A DNA stretch of 64,000 bases from an uncultured Candidatus Saccharibacteria bacterium (GTDB lineage: Bacteria > Patescibacteriota > Minisyncoccia > Phycocordibacterales > CAIZLB01), in contig CAYVEK010000002.1 of the NCBI GenBank assembly GCA_964450605.1, positions 14,384-78,383 on the forward strand. Reading direction: 5' to 3'. Both the position numbers and the translations under genes were made by a program. Within the stretch, counting starts at the first letter, position 1. Each line of letters begins with the position of its first letter. This document shows, piece by piece, positions 1-8,938 of this stretch. The notes under the pieces are model-generated. The model did no database searches and had not been told where the DNA came from. It was given only the letters and a program-made list of their open reading frames with translations.

Positions 1-226
1 CTTCTTCTTGAACTATCCGGATTTTCCGGATAGTTGAAATATCTTTTAATTCTTCGGTTTCATAGATATTTTGAATATGATCGTTAATAGTACGAACATC
101 TACTGCAAAAAGGTCAGCCATCTTACGCTGTGTCAACCACACGGTTTCATCTTGAATAAGCACATCAATCTTGATAGTGCCCTCAGGTGAGGTATAAAAA
201 ACAAATTGTTTAATTTCTTTATTCAT
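1..226 (-). CDS. RhuM-family (virulence RhuM / DNA-binding) protein, N-terminal part, truncated by the window edge
   Basis: Not in the ORF track. Manual translation from ATG 226 gives MNKEIKQFVFYTSPEGTIKIDVLIQDETVWLTQRKMADLFAVDVRTINDHIQNIYETEELKDISTIRKIRIVQEE, containing the RhuM signature ETVWLTQxxMAxLF...HIxNIY. Starts 6 nt after hsdM; RhuM genes often sit in type I R-M loci. Confidence 0.85.
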   Translation of the reverse strand, partial: MNKEIKQFVFYTSPEGTIKIDVLIQDETVWLTQRKMADLFAVDVRTINDHIQNIYETEELKDISTIRKIRIVQEE

Positions 227-232
227 ACTATT

Positions 233-1930
233 TTAATAATTAAGTTCATCTAAATACTTTTCAACCAAAGCATCTGCTTTTAATAAATCTTTTTTAAGTA
301 AAGCAATCTCTGCTCTTACTTTTTTTATATCAATAACTTCATCTTCTTCATAAGAATCAATATACTCTCGGATATTGAGATTAAAGTCTTTCTCCTCAAT
401 ATCTTTCAGCACCACAACACGTGCGTATTTATCAACATCTTTATATTCATCAAATGTTTTTACAATCTTATTTATATCAGCAGGTCGTAGAGTATTTTGA
501 TTTTTACCTTCTTGAAAATCTTTCTCAGCATCAATAATCAAAACCTTATTTTTCTTATCAGGAGCCTTGTTTTTGTTAAGGATAACTACTACAGCAGGAA
601 TACCTGTTCCGTAGAATAGTTTTGATGGTAAGGCAATAATTGACTCAACAAGATCGTTTTTAAGTATCTGTTCACGGATTCTTGCTTCAGCATTACCTCG
701 AGTTAAGACACCATGTGGCAATACGATACCTGCACGACCATTGGTGTTCATTGATTTGATTATATGAAGCACGAAAGCATAGTCGGCATTTTTCTTAGGT
801 GGAATATCATATCCTTCCAAGCGACCAAACTTATTCTTGAATGCCTCCCATTCATAATCTTTGATTGAGTAAGGAGGATTGGCTACTACTATATCAAATG
901 TTTGAAGACCTCCTTGTTGATTAAGAAATTGTGGGTGTGCCAATGTATCACCTTTTCGAATATCAGCACTATCAAGTCCATGTAGAAACATGTTAATTTT
1001 TGCAATCGCAAAAGTAGCAAGGTTTTGTTCTTGCCCATACAAGTACAAGGTCTTAGCAATTTTCTCGCCAGATTTTTGCTTAAGATAATCATAAGCCTCA
1101 AGAAGAAAACCTCCAGACCCCGCCGTTGGGTCATAGATATGATCTTTCTGATGAGGCTTCAAAATACCCATTATCACTTTTTCAACTTCACGAGGTGTGT
1201 AGAACTCTCCACCTTTCTTACCCGCATCCGCTGCGAACTGTTTGATCAGGTATTCATATGCGTCACCAAGTAGATCAGAGCTGATGTAAGTATTGCCAAA
1301 GTTATATTGAGAAAAGTGGTTGATCAGTCGCTGAAGTGTTTCGTTTGGAAAACGGTCTTTGTTTGCAAAGTCTAGGTCATCAAAAATTTTATCTAGTTTC
1401 GGACTGTTTGCATTGGTTAATTTATCAAAAATATCATTGAGTTTTTGTCCGATGTTTTCTGCCTGCTCTGTAATTTTTACCCATCGACAATCTTTAGGAA
1501 CTTGGAAACGGTGATTATAATCTGCACGAGCAATATCTTTATCATCGTACTCTTTCATCACAGCGTTGAATTCTTCATCCCAAACATCACTCATTCGCTT
1601 ATAGAATAAAAGACCAAAGATGTATTTTTTATAATCAGAACTATCAATTTTCCCTCGAAGAATGTCGGCACTTTTCCATAAAAAATTTTCCAGTTGAGCC
1701 AGTGTTAATGTACCAGATTCTTTTTTAAAATCTTTATTTAAATCAGTAAAAGGAGTTGCTAATCCTTTTTTAACAACCTCGCTTAACATTTCCTCTGTAT
1801 ATTTTCTGTCCTGTCTTTTTCCCACTCGCAGAGGTTTAATTATACCCTCTTCCTCCCAGTTACGAAGAGTATCCTCATGTACATTGAGGATTTCAGCAGC
1901 TTGTTTAATTGAATAAGTTTTTATTGACAC
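233..1930 (-). CDS. hsdM: Type I restriction-modification methyltransferase subunit M with an N-terminal MerR-type HTH
   Basis: LWKSADILRG, GEFYTPREV, SAM motif DPTAGSGGFL and catalytic NPPY. The first ~55 aa (YSIKQAAEILNVHEDTLRNWEEEG...R.YT) form a MerR/excisionase-like HTH. GTG start 6 nt after TATAAT. Confidence 0.93.
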   Translation of the reverse strand: MSIKTYSIKQAAEILNVHEDTLRNWEEEGIIKPLRVGKRQDRKYTEEMLSEVVKKGLATPFTDLNKDFKKESGTLTLAQLENFLWKSADILRGKIDSSDYKKYIFGLLFYKRMSDVWDEEFNAVMKEYDDKDIARADYNHRFQVPKDCRWVKITEQAENIGQKLNDIFDKLTNANSPKLDKIFDDLDFANKDRFPNETLQRLINHFSQYNFGNTYISSDLLGDAYEYLIKQFAADAGKKGGEFYTPREVEKVIMGILKPHQKDHIYDPTAGSGGFLLEAYDYLKQKSGEKIAKTLYLYGQEQNLATFAIAKINMFLHGLDSADIRKGDTLAHPQFLNQQGGLQTFDIVVANPPYSIKDYEWEAFKNKFGRLEGYDIPPKKNADYAFVLHIIKSMNTNGRAGIVLPHGVLTRGNAEARIREQILKNDLVESIIALPSKLFYGTGIPAVVVILNKNKAPDKKNKVLIIDAEKDFQEGKNQNTLRPADINKIVKTFDEYKDVDKYARVVVLKDIEEKDFNLNIREYIDSYEEDEVIDIKKVRAEIALLKKDLLKADALVEKYLDELNY

Positions 1931-1998
1931 ATCTATATTATAACCATATACATATACTATTGCAAGTATTTTTATATAATTTCATACCTTTTCCTAGG

Positions 1999-2343
1999 TT
2001 ATATGTTATTTAGACCAAAACCTACCCCAACCCCCACCACCCCAAACCCCTCCTCATCCTCCTTCGTATAGTACTTATACATATCCACCCATTCATCCGC
2101 ACTCTCACTCCCATACACCACAGGATCATACGCCAAAAATAGCTCCTTAAACGTCTTAAACACATCCAAACGGACCACTTCAGTTTCTACACTCTGCGAT
2201 TCGTCATCGACATGTATAAATATAATCCTATCTCCCACTTTCAATAACCTTCGTTTCTCATCATATAAACGAATCTCTACTGTCTTTGTACCTTGTTGTA
2301 TTTGTGCAAAAGGTTTTGGGTTGAGTTTCATCTTATATACCAT
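1999..2343 (-). CDS. ASCH domain protein
   Basis: MKLNPKPFAQIQQGTKTVEIRLYDEKRR..KVGDRIIF matches the ASCH GxKxxExR signature. Confidence 0.85.
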   Translation of the reverse strand: MVYKMKLNPKPFAQIQQGTKTVEIRLYDEKRRLLKVGDRIIFIHVDDESQSVETEVVRLDVFKTFKELFLAYDPVVYGSESADEWVDMYKYYTKEDEEGFGVVGVGVGFGLNNI

Positions 2344-2347
2344 GGTT

Positions 2348-2818
2348 TTACAAAAAATATTTCCTTAAATCTTCCGCATACGGAACCCTTTCAGAAGGAT
2401 CGGCGACATATGTACCACCATCAGCTAAAACTTTTTTCAAGTTATCACCAGTAAATCTCGGAACTATATGCATGTGATAATGAAAAGCATGTTGTCCTGA
2501 TGCAGGCTCATTATTTTGTTCAATCCACACTCCATCACACGCTCGAACTACCTTAAGTGCACCAGCTATCTTTTGCGCAGTCTCCATAATAGCGTGCATG
2601 TATTCTTTGGGGAGTTCGTATATATTTTCAAAATGAGCAGTTGGAACAACTATTACATGACCAGGATTACTTTTGATAAATTTTGAATTTACAAAAGCTA
2701 AAGTATATTGATCTCTATATACAATATCGGCCTGTTTTGCCATATTTGATTCGTTTTCTACACCATTAATAGTCAAACAAATCGGGCAATTATAATTTTC
2801 CGGAGCGTGATTATACAT
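2348..2818 (-). CDS. HIT family hydrolase
   Basis: CPIC, GHVIVVP and histidine triad HAFHYHMHIVPR. Confidence 0.9.
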   Translation of the reverse strand: MYNHAPENYNCPICLTINGVENESNMAKQADIVYRDQYTLAFVNSKFIKSNPGHVIVVPTAHFENIYELPKEYMHAIMETAQKIAGALKVVRACDGVWIEQNNEPASGQHAFHYHMHIVPRFTGDNLKKVLADGGTYVADPSERVPYAEDLRKYFL

Positions 2819-2842
2819 AAGGTTAGAGTAACACAGGAAACC

Positions 2843-3481
2843 CTACACCTCCACCCCATCACCCCCAACAACCATCCACTTCACTCCAGCCTCACCCAAC
2901 ACCTTTTCTGGAGCTTTATGAACCGACCCGATTCTCCCCTCAACCAACATCCCGTCATGCACAGGGAAAGCAACGCGTGGTTTTACTGCGAGCGCATATC
3001 GAACAGCATCACGTATGCGACACCACGGACCTGCTACAGGCAGTGCTAGAACATCTACTGTTTTATCAGGTATACAAAATGAATCACCTGGATAAAAAAG
3101 TTTGTTATCTATAAAGTATCCTGTGTTTTGTACTTGTCCCATCTCTTCAAATATCTCTTCATGTTTTCCATCATATGCTTCAAACAATACTTCCTGTATG
3201 AGAGTATTTGATCTTCCTTCAACAACTATATATGGAACATGTATTCCATCTAAAACCTTACCAACACCTGTATTTGTTACAACTAAAGCTTTTGGATTAT
3301 GTTTTAACACTTCTTTCAATGAATCTGTATGTAAATGATCTTGGTGTTCATGTGTTATCAATACAACATCGATACCTGTTACTGTATTTTGTGCAGTAGA
3401 AAAGTTTCCTGGATCAGTGAGAATAGTCAGACCTTTGGTTTGTATCAACAAACAGCAGTGTCCAAGTTTTTTGATGTTCAT
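2843..3481 (-). CDS. Metallo-beta-lactamase-fold hydrolase (UlaG/Lactamase_B_3-like)
   Basis: GHCC, TDPG, THEHQDH, YPGDS and PVHDG motifs. Confidence 0.88.
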   Translation of the reverse strand: MNIKKLGHCCLLIQTKGLTILTDPGNFSTAQNTVTGIDVVLITHEHQDHLHTDSLKEVLKHNPKALVVTNTGVGKVLDGIHVPYIVVEGRSNTLIQEVLFEAYDGKHEEIFEEMGQVQNTGYFIDNKLFYPGDSFCIPDKTVDVLALPVAGPWCRIRDAVRYALAVKPRVAFPVHDGMLVEGRIGSVHKAPEKVLGEAGVKWMVVGGDGVEV

Positions 3482-3507
3482 AGGGTTAGTATAGCATTAA
3501 TAGAAAT

Positions 3508-3535
3508 TTGACAAATATATATTTTTAAATACAAT
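3508..3535 (+). promoter_or_regulatory. Sigma70-type promoter facing the 3' end of the toxin gene
   Basis: TTGACA (3508-3513), 16-nt spacer, TACAAT (3530-3535); no + strand ORF follows. Confidence 0.65.
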
Positions 3536-3541
3536 TCTTTA

Positions 3542-3611
3542 TTGTAGAGAGGTTGCCTCTCTTGCCGAAAGGCCTCGATAGCTCTGGTTAATGCCGGAGC
3601 TATTGTATTTT
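3542..3611 (+). ncRNA. Candidate structured small RNA convergent with the PemK/MazF-like toxin
   Basis: Three consecutive hairpins: AGAGAGG-ttg-CCTCTCT (3546-3562), GCC-gaaa-GGC (3564-3573) and a 12-bp stem CGATAGCTCTGG-ttaatg-CCGGAGCTATTG (3576-3605) followed by T-rich sequence. Two G:U pairs work only on the + strand. Confidence 0.6.
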
Positions 3612-3992
3612 ATACAGTGAATAAAATATTGATTTTAAATTTAAATATTGATCCATATCTAATATATATCTCCTTCGAATAAGTCTTCTCTTATCGAACA
3701 GTTTTATTTGATACATTAAAACACTGTGGAGTTTTTCATCTTGAGTTTTGATAATTTCAGAGTATCTTCTTCTTTTTAATTTAGATGTAATAGGAGCACC
3801 AATGAAACTCTCTGAATCATCCGCATTTAATACCAAAACAGGTCTTACATACTCAGTTCCTTTTCCATAAATCTCACTACCAACATTCATACCAACTCGA
3901 ACATACCAAATTTCTCCAATTTTTGGATGAGGATACTTTTTAAATTGATCTATTCTCTTTTTTTCTTTATTCCAAGAATCAAAATCTTTCAC
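3600..3992 (-). CDS. PemK/MazF-family endoribonuclease toxin with no adjacent protein antitoxin
   Basis: GEIW..VGMNVGSEIYGKG...RPVLVL...PITS...QIKLFDKRRL follows the PemK-like pattern; GTG start. Confidence 0.85.
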   Translation of the reverse strand: MKDFDSWNKEKKRIDQFKKYPHPKIGEIWYVRVGMNVGSEIYGKGTEYVRPVLVLNADDSESFIGAPITSKLKRRRYSEIIKTQDEKLHSVLMYQIKLFDKRRLIRRRYILDMDQYLNLKSIFYSLYKIQ

Positions 3993-4058
3993 GTTATAGA
4001 TATTATCATTTACATGTTCAAGAAAATCTTAAAAATAGATAAAGAAATTTAAAAAAAC

Positions 4059-4092
4059 AAAAACCCACCACCTTTTACAGCAATGGGTTTTT
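4059..4092 (-). terminator. Intrinsic terminator after secF
   Basis: Imperfect inverted repeat AAAAACCCA...TGGGTTTTT flanked by A/T runs. Confidence 0.6.
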
Positions 4093-4112
4093 ATATAAAA
4101 CTTTTTCAAAAA

Positions 4113-5012
4113 CTACTTCGTCTTCTTCCCTGCCATAGTTACCAGCAACGCTGAACCGATGAAAATAGAAGAATACGTTCCGGCGATAATACCTACAATA
4201 AGCACAAGTGAGAAGTTTCGTGTTGTCTCAGGGCCCCAGATGTATACCGCGATAAGTGCAAGTATAGTTGTAAGCGAAGTGTTCACAGATCGTATAAATG
4301 TCTCAGACACTGACTTTCCAACTACCTGCTCAAATGTATTTCCTTTATTTGCATCCAGCCGAAGATTTTCTCGAACTCGGTCAAACACCACGATAGTATC
4401 GTGTATGGAGAATCCAAGAACAACAAGAAGAGCTGTCACGAACAATGCATCAACTTCATATCCACCAAAGAAATGACCCATGATAGCGAAGAATCCTGTT
4501 GGAATAATCACATCGTGGAAAAGCGCAACGATAGCAGCGAAACCATATTTCCATGAAGATACTGGTCGTGACACTTGTCTAAATGCAAATGCGATAAACA
4601 GAACAATAGCAACCAAAACAAGAACGATAGATGTAACTGATTTTTTCTTAAGCTCATCTCCAAGTGATGGACCGATAGTATCCATACGTGCGATCTCATA
4701 TGTTGGAAGTACTTGTGTTAGTTTTGCTTTTACAGATGCTTGCGCTGTTGCATCAAGCTCTTTTGCGTTGATCAAGAAACCTTTTTCGCCATATGATCGA
4801 ACTACTGTCTCTGGAAATGTATTTTCCAGTATAACTTTTACATCCTCAAGTGATGTAACTGTAGATGATGCAAGTGGTTGTACTTCGATCGCAGTTCCTC
4901 CACTAAAATCAATACCGTAATTCATGCCCCATTTTGCAAGTGCAAAAATAGATGTTGCAAATAAGATAACTGAGAATATGTAGAATACGATTCTATTTTT
5001 GATGATAAACAT
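4113..5012 (-). CDS. secF: Protein translocase subunit SecF
   Basis: GIDFSGG, TIGPSLG, FHDV, GFSIHDTIVVFDRVRENL, RSVNTSLTT, GTYSSIFI. Confidence 0.96.
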   Translation of the reverse strand: MFIIKNRIVFYIFSVILFATSIFALAKWGMNYGIDFSGGTAIEVQPLASSTVTSLEDVKVILENTFPETVVRSYGEKGFLINAKELDATAQASVKAKLTQVLPTYEIARMDTIGPSLGDELKKKSVTSIVLVLVAIVLFIAFAFRQVSRPVSSWKYGFAAIVALFHDVIIPTGFFAIMGHFFGGYEVDALFVTALLVVLGFSIHDTIVVFDRVRENLRLDANKGNTFEQVVGKSVSETFIRSVNTSLTTILALIAVYIWGPETTRNFSLVLIVGIIAGTYSSIFIGSALLVTMAGKKTK

Positions 5013-5021
5013 ATATTTTCT

Positions 5022-6275
5022 TTATTTGTTTTTAGATATTGCTAATAGTAGTGTTCGAGATATAGATACCGCGGTAAACATAGAGATAGCTACACCGATC
5101 AAGAACACAAGAGCAAAACCTTTGATCATAGGAGATGCTGCAAATGAGTACAAGATGACTGCTGTGATCATACTTGAGATGTTACTGTCTCGTATAGACG
5201 GCCATGCTCGAGCAAAACCATCATGTAATGCCTGCATTCGTGTCTTACCTTTTTTAAGTTCCTCTCGCATTCGCTCGAAGATAAGAATGTTTCCATCAAC
5301 AGCCATACCGATAGAGATGATGAACGCTGCGAGTCCTGCTGATGTCATCACGATACCACCCATCTTAAACACGATTAGGTTAAGTATAGTGTAGATAGCA
5401 AGAGCAATAGCCGCTACAAGACCTCGAACTCGATACCAAAGTATCAAGAACAGCGCAACGATGATAAATCCATACACTCCCGCATTCATACTTGCTTTAA
5501 GAGCATCAGCTCCAAGTGAAGCTCCGATAGTTTGTGTACCAATAAGTTCTATAGGAACAGGAAGAGCTCCGTATTTTAGATTCCGAACTAGATCTGTAGC
5601 TTTTTTGATACTGTACTGTCCAGTAATCTGTGCTCGACCACCAATAATCTCACTTTGAATAGTTGGCGCTGAGATAACTTGACCATCAAGAACGATGGCA
5701 AGCTGTGTGCCAATGTTTTCTTTTGTGATTTTTGCAAATAGATCTGCACCTTCTGAATTAAATACAAGACCAATCATAGGACGACCTGTCTGTCCGTCAT
5801 ATTCAACTTGCGCAGTTGTGATAAATCGTCCAGTAAGACCTGTGTATTCAAGTTTTGTTTGAGGCGTTGCAGAAGCAGTTGATGTTGCAATAACCTGTTG
5901 TAACAGAGCAAACTCAAGTACCGGTGTTTGACCGATAAGGTTTATAGCTTTCTGTGTATTTTTTACACCTGGAAGCTCAACGATCAATTTATTAACCTCT
6001 TGACCATTTAGAGTTGTCTTTTCTGTCTGTACAATAGGCTCTGAAACTCCAAAAGCGTTTACTCGTGCTTCGATAACATTTTTAAGAGTTGCCATAGCTC
6101 CTCCGATATCAGCAGCTGGTAGTTTAGAAGTATCAGCCTTATATACAAGGTGTATACCTCCGTTTAAATCCAAACCAAGTTTGAAAGGTTTTGAATTTTG
6201 TGTGTTTTTAAGATATAGGGCCAAAAGTCCGGATATAACCAGAATAATAATCGCCCAAAGTCGTGTTCTTGTCAT
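5022..6275 (-). CDS. secD: Protein translocase subunit SecD
   Basis: KLGLDLNGG, RVNAFGVSEP, GALPVP, GMAVDGNILIFERMREE. Confidence 0.96.
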   Translation of the reverse strand: MTRTRLWAIIILVISGLLALYLKNTQNSKPFKLGLDLNGGIHLVYKADTSKLPAADIGGAMATLKNVIEARVNAFGVSEPIVQTEKTTLNGQEVNKLIVELPGVKNTQKAINLIGQTPVLEFALLQQVIATSTASATPQTKLEYTGLTGRFITTAQVEYDGQTGRPMIGLVFNSEGADLFAKITKENIGTQLAIVLDGQVISAPTIQSEIIGGRAQITGQYSIKKATDLVRNLKYGALPVPIELIGTQTIGASLGADALKASMNAGVYGFIIVALFLILWYRVRGLVAAIALAIYTILNLIVFKMGGIVMTSAGLAAFIISIGMAVDGNILIFERMREELKKGKTRMQALHDGFARAWPSIRDSNISSMITAVILYSFAASPMIKGFALVFLIGVAISMFTAVSISRTLLLAISKNK

Positions 6276-6346
6276 AAGGGCTATTATACATATTTTGACC
6301 CGTATTGGTAGACCCCCACCGAAAAGCTATGATACAATATATACAT

Positions 6347-6811
6347 ATGATATCTCTATTTTTTGTGTACATTATTCACCATGTAGCCCTTGTATTTGGA
6401 TTAGCGAGTTCTCTGGTGATTGATATTTTTATGATAGTTGTTGAAAAATATAAAAAGATACGTGCTTTAGAGAAAGGTATAGTAAATCGAGTACTATCTT
6501 TTGCATTCATAAGTGCCATCCTAGTTTTCTTGATTGAAATAGCTCACCTATTTCTGATCTTTATAACAGATGTTGGAGGTGTATACGAAACACAAGTGTA
6601 TGTAAGGAACATGATCACTACAACACTCTCTGGACTTTTAGTATTTTCTATTGCAACACAAAAATATTATCACATCAAAACTTTGTACAGATATCAAGAA
6701 CAGCACCATCACCTTTCAGATTCATTCATAAAACACCATAAAGAGATACTAAATACAGCCGTTCTCTGCCTCCTACTGTGGATATCTTTGTATATGTGTT
6801 ACGTACTATAG
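6347..6811 (+). CDS. Hypothetical membrane protein (about 4 TM)
   Basis: Four hydrophobic segments. Start placed at ATG 6347, downstream of a TGaTACAAT box; the ORF track start is 6305. Confidence 0.65.
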   Translation: MISLFFVYIIHHVALVFGLASSLVIDIFMIVVEKYKKIRALEKGIVNRVLSFAFISAILVFLIEIAHLFLIFITDVGGVYETQVYVRNMITTTLSGLLVFSIATQKYYHIKTLYRYQEQHHHLSDSFIKHHKEILNTAVLCLLLWISLYMCYVL

Positions 6812-6854
6812 GTTTAGGCTGTTAGAACTTGCTCAAAGGGTGTAAAATAGTCCC

Positions 6855-8270
6855 ATGCAAACACAATCAAATTTTAAGGCAAAGTCAGCGCCAAAAACTG
6901 GAGATGCTTTTAATTTGAAATTGCCTCCATATAGTATAGAAGCTGAACAGGCCGTTCTTGGGTCTATCATGATACGTCCTGATGCGTATGCTGAGATCAG
7001 TGACATTATTGATGAGGATTGTTTTTATAGTGAGAAACATAAACAGATATTCAAAGGTGTTTCTGACCTACTTGCCAAAGGCAACCCTGTAGACTTCCTT
7101 TCTCTTAAAACAATACTTGATGAAATGGGTGTTTTGGAACAAGTTGGCGGTGCTCACTACCTAGCCGAACTAGTACACGTTGTTCCTTCTGCAAGTAACA
7201 TCGAGTACTATGCTCGTATACTTGAGAAAAAGCTAATGATGCGAAAATTGATACACGCGTCAGAAAATATTTCTCATCTTGGATATAACGAGATCGGTGA
7301 TCTTGAAAAGATTTTAGATGACGCAGAAAAAGAGATATTTTCTATCACTCAGAAGAAAACTAAAAGCACTATCACTGATATCAAAACAGGACTTATCGCA
7401 GCTTGGGACCAGATCGACAAAATACATAACAGCGATCAAGAGCTTCGTGGTGTTCCTACAGGTTTTAGAGATATAGACAACAAGCTTTCAGGATTACAGA
7501 AGTCTGATCTTATCATCCTCGCTGCTCGACCATCTGTTGGTAAAACTACTCTCGCACTCGATATCGCCCGAAACGCGGCAGTAAATCATAACGTTCCCGT
7601 GCTTATATTTTCTCTTGAGATGAGTGCTCAGCAACTTCTCTATCGTATGATCTCATCTCATTCACGAGTTGATTCATGGAAACTACGAACCGGAAAACTT
7701 AACCTCAACAACTCCGAAGAATACGACCGACTACAACACGGTATCGGCGAACTTTCTCGCGCGCCTATTTTTATCGATGATCAGGCCGGAACAAACATCA
7801 TCAAGATGCGAAGTACAGCACGGCGTATCAAAGCCGAAAAAGGACTTGGTCTTATTATGGTCGACTACCTACAACTTATGTCACCTACTCAGAGCCGAAA
7901 TAGTGACAATGTAGTACAACAGATGACAGAAATATCTCGATCTCTGAAACACTTAGCTCGAGAACTCGATGTTCCTGTTCTTGCCCTGTCACAGCTTTCT
8001 CGTGCCGTTGAGCAACGACAAGGAAAACCTCGTTTGTCTGACCTTCGAGACTCTGGATCTATCGAGCAGGATGCGGATATCGTTATGTTTATTCACCGAG
8101 AGGACCGCTACAAAGATCATGCCGAGCGAGATAACTTAGTTGAAGTACTTATAGAAAAACACCGAAACGGACCAACTGGAAGTGTACGTATGAAATTTGA
8201 CGACAAACATGGATGCTTTGTTACTCTTGAAAAAGGAGAGTACGGCGATTTCGAAGATCATTTTGCCTAA
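6855..8270 (+). CDS. dnaB: Replicative DNA helicase
   Basis: PPYSIEAEQAVLG, Walker A AARPSVGKT, FSLEMS, DYLQLM, SQLSR, DLRDSGSIEQDAD, KHRNGPTG. Confidence 0.98.
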   Translation: MQTQSNFKAKSAPKTGDAFNLKLPPYSIEAEQAVLGSIMIRPDAYAEISDIIDEDCFYSEKHKQIFKGVSDLLAKGNPVDFLSLKTILDEMGVLEQVGGAHYLAELVHVVPSASNIEYYARILEKKLMMRKLIHASENISHLGYNEIGDLEKILDDAEKEIFSITQKKTKSTITDIKTGLIAAWDQIDKIHNSDQELRGVPTGFRDIDNKLSGLQKSDLIILAARPSVGKTTLALDIARNAAVNHNVPVLIFSLEMSAQQLLYRMISSHSRVDSWKLRTGKLNLNNSEEYDRLQHGIGELSRAPIFIDDQAGTNIIKMRSTARRIKAEKGLGLIMVDYLQLMSPTQSRNSDNVVQQMTEISRSLKHLARELDVPVLALSQLSRAVEQRQGKPRLSDLRDSGSIEQDADIVMFIHREDRYKDHAERDNLVEVLIEKHRNGPTGSVRMKFDDKHGCFVTLEKGEYGDFEDHFA

Positions 8271-8276
8271 TACTTT

Positions 8277-8888
8277 ATGGACAACCTCCTTGAATTATTT
8301 AAAAAATTTCCCGGCATAGGAGCGCGACAAGCCAAACGCTTTGTGTCTTTTGTCATGCACGCCTCTCCTACCTATCGAAAAGAACTCATCGCAGCGCTCA
8401 CAGCAACTCATGCTCAAGTGCAGAGCTGTTCACAGTGTCATAAAAAATACATTCATCAAGGAAGTCTTCAGGGTGATCCTGTATGTTCTGTATGTCGAAA
8501 AGCTGGTCGTGATAACGGTCTTCTGGTTGTTGTAGCGCACGATGCTGATGTGGATGTATTCGAAAACTCACTTTCCTTCAATGGACAGTACTACGTGCTC
8601 GGACGATACATACCGCTCTTTGCTGAGCGTATAGAAGAATATGTTCATCTAAATCTACTCAATGCTCGTATCGACAAGCTGTTAACTGAAGGCTTACAAG
8701 AAGTTATCTTTGCTACAAACGCAACAGCTGACGGAGATTATACAGCCAAGATACTTCGTGAATATATTCAAAAGATGTATGGTGATAAGTTAAAAACTTC
8801 AACTCTTGGTCGAGGTTTGGCTACTGGTGGTGAGTTGGAATACGCCGATCAAGAAACACTTCGTGAGGCGATGAGGTTTAGGAGGTAG
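8277..8888 (+). CDS. recR: Recombination protein RecR
   Basis: HhH FPGIGARQAKR, C4 zinc finger, Toprim region EVIFATNATADGDYTA, GGELEYADQETL. Confidence 0.92.
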   Translation: MDNLLELFKKFPGIGARQAKRFVSFVMHASPTYRKELIAALTATHAQVQSCSQCHKKYIHQGSLQGDPVCSVCRKAGRDNGLLVVVAHDADVDVFENSLSFNGQYYVLGRYIPLFAERIEEYVHLNLLNARIDKLLTEGLQEVIFATNATADGDYTAKILREYIQKMYGDKLKTSTLGRGLATGGELEYADQETLREAMRFRR

Positions 8889-8895
8889 GTTTGCA

Positions 8896-8934
8896 TAAAG
8901 AAAAAACTCACAGTTGTTGTGAGTTTTTTCTTTA
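8896..8934. terminator. Bidirectional intrinsic terminator between convergent recR and rplU
   Basis: Perfect 17-bp inverted repeat TAAAGAAAAAACTCACA-gttgt-TGTGAGTTTTTTCTTTA. Confidence 0.85.
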
Positions 8935-8938
8935 GTGA

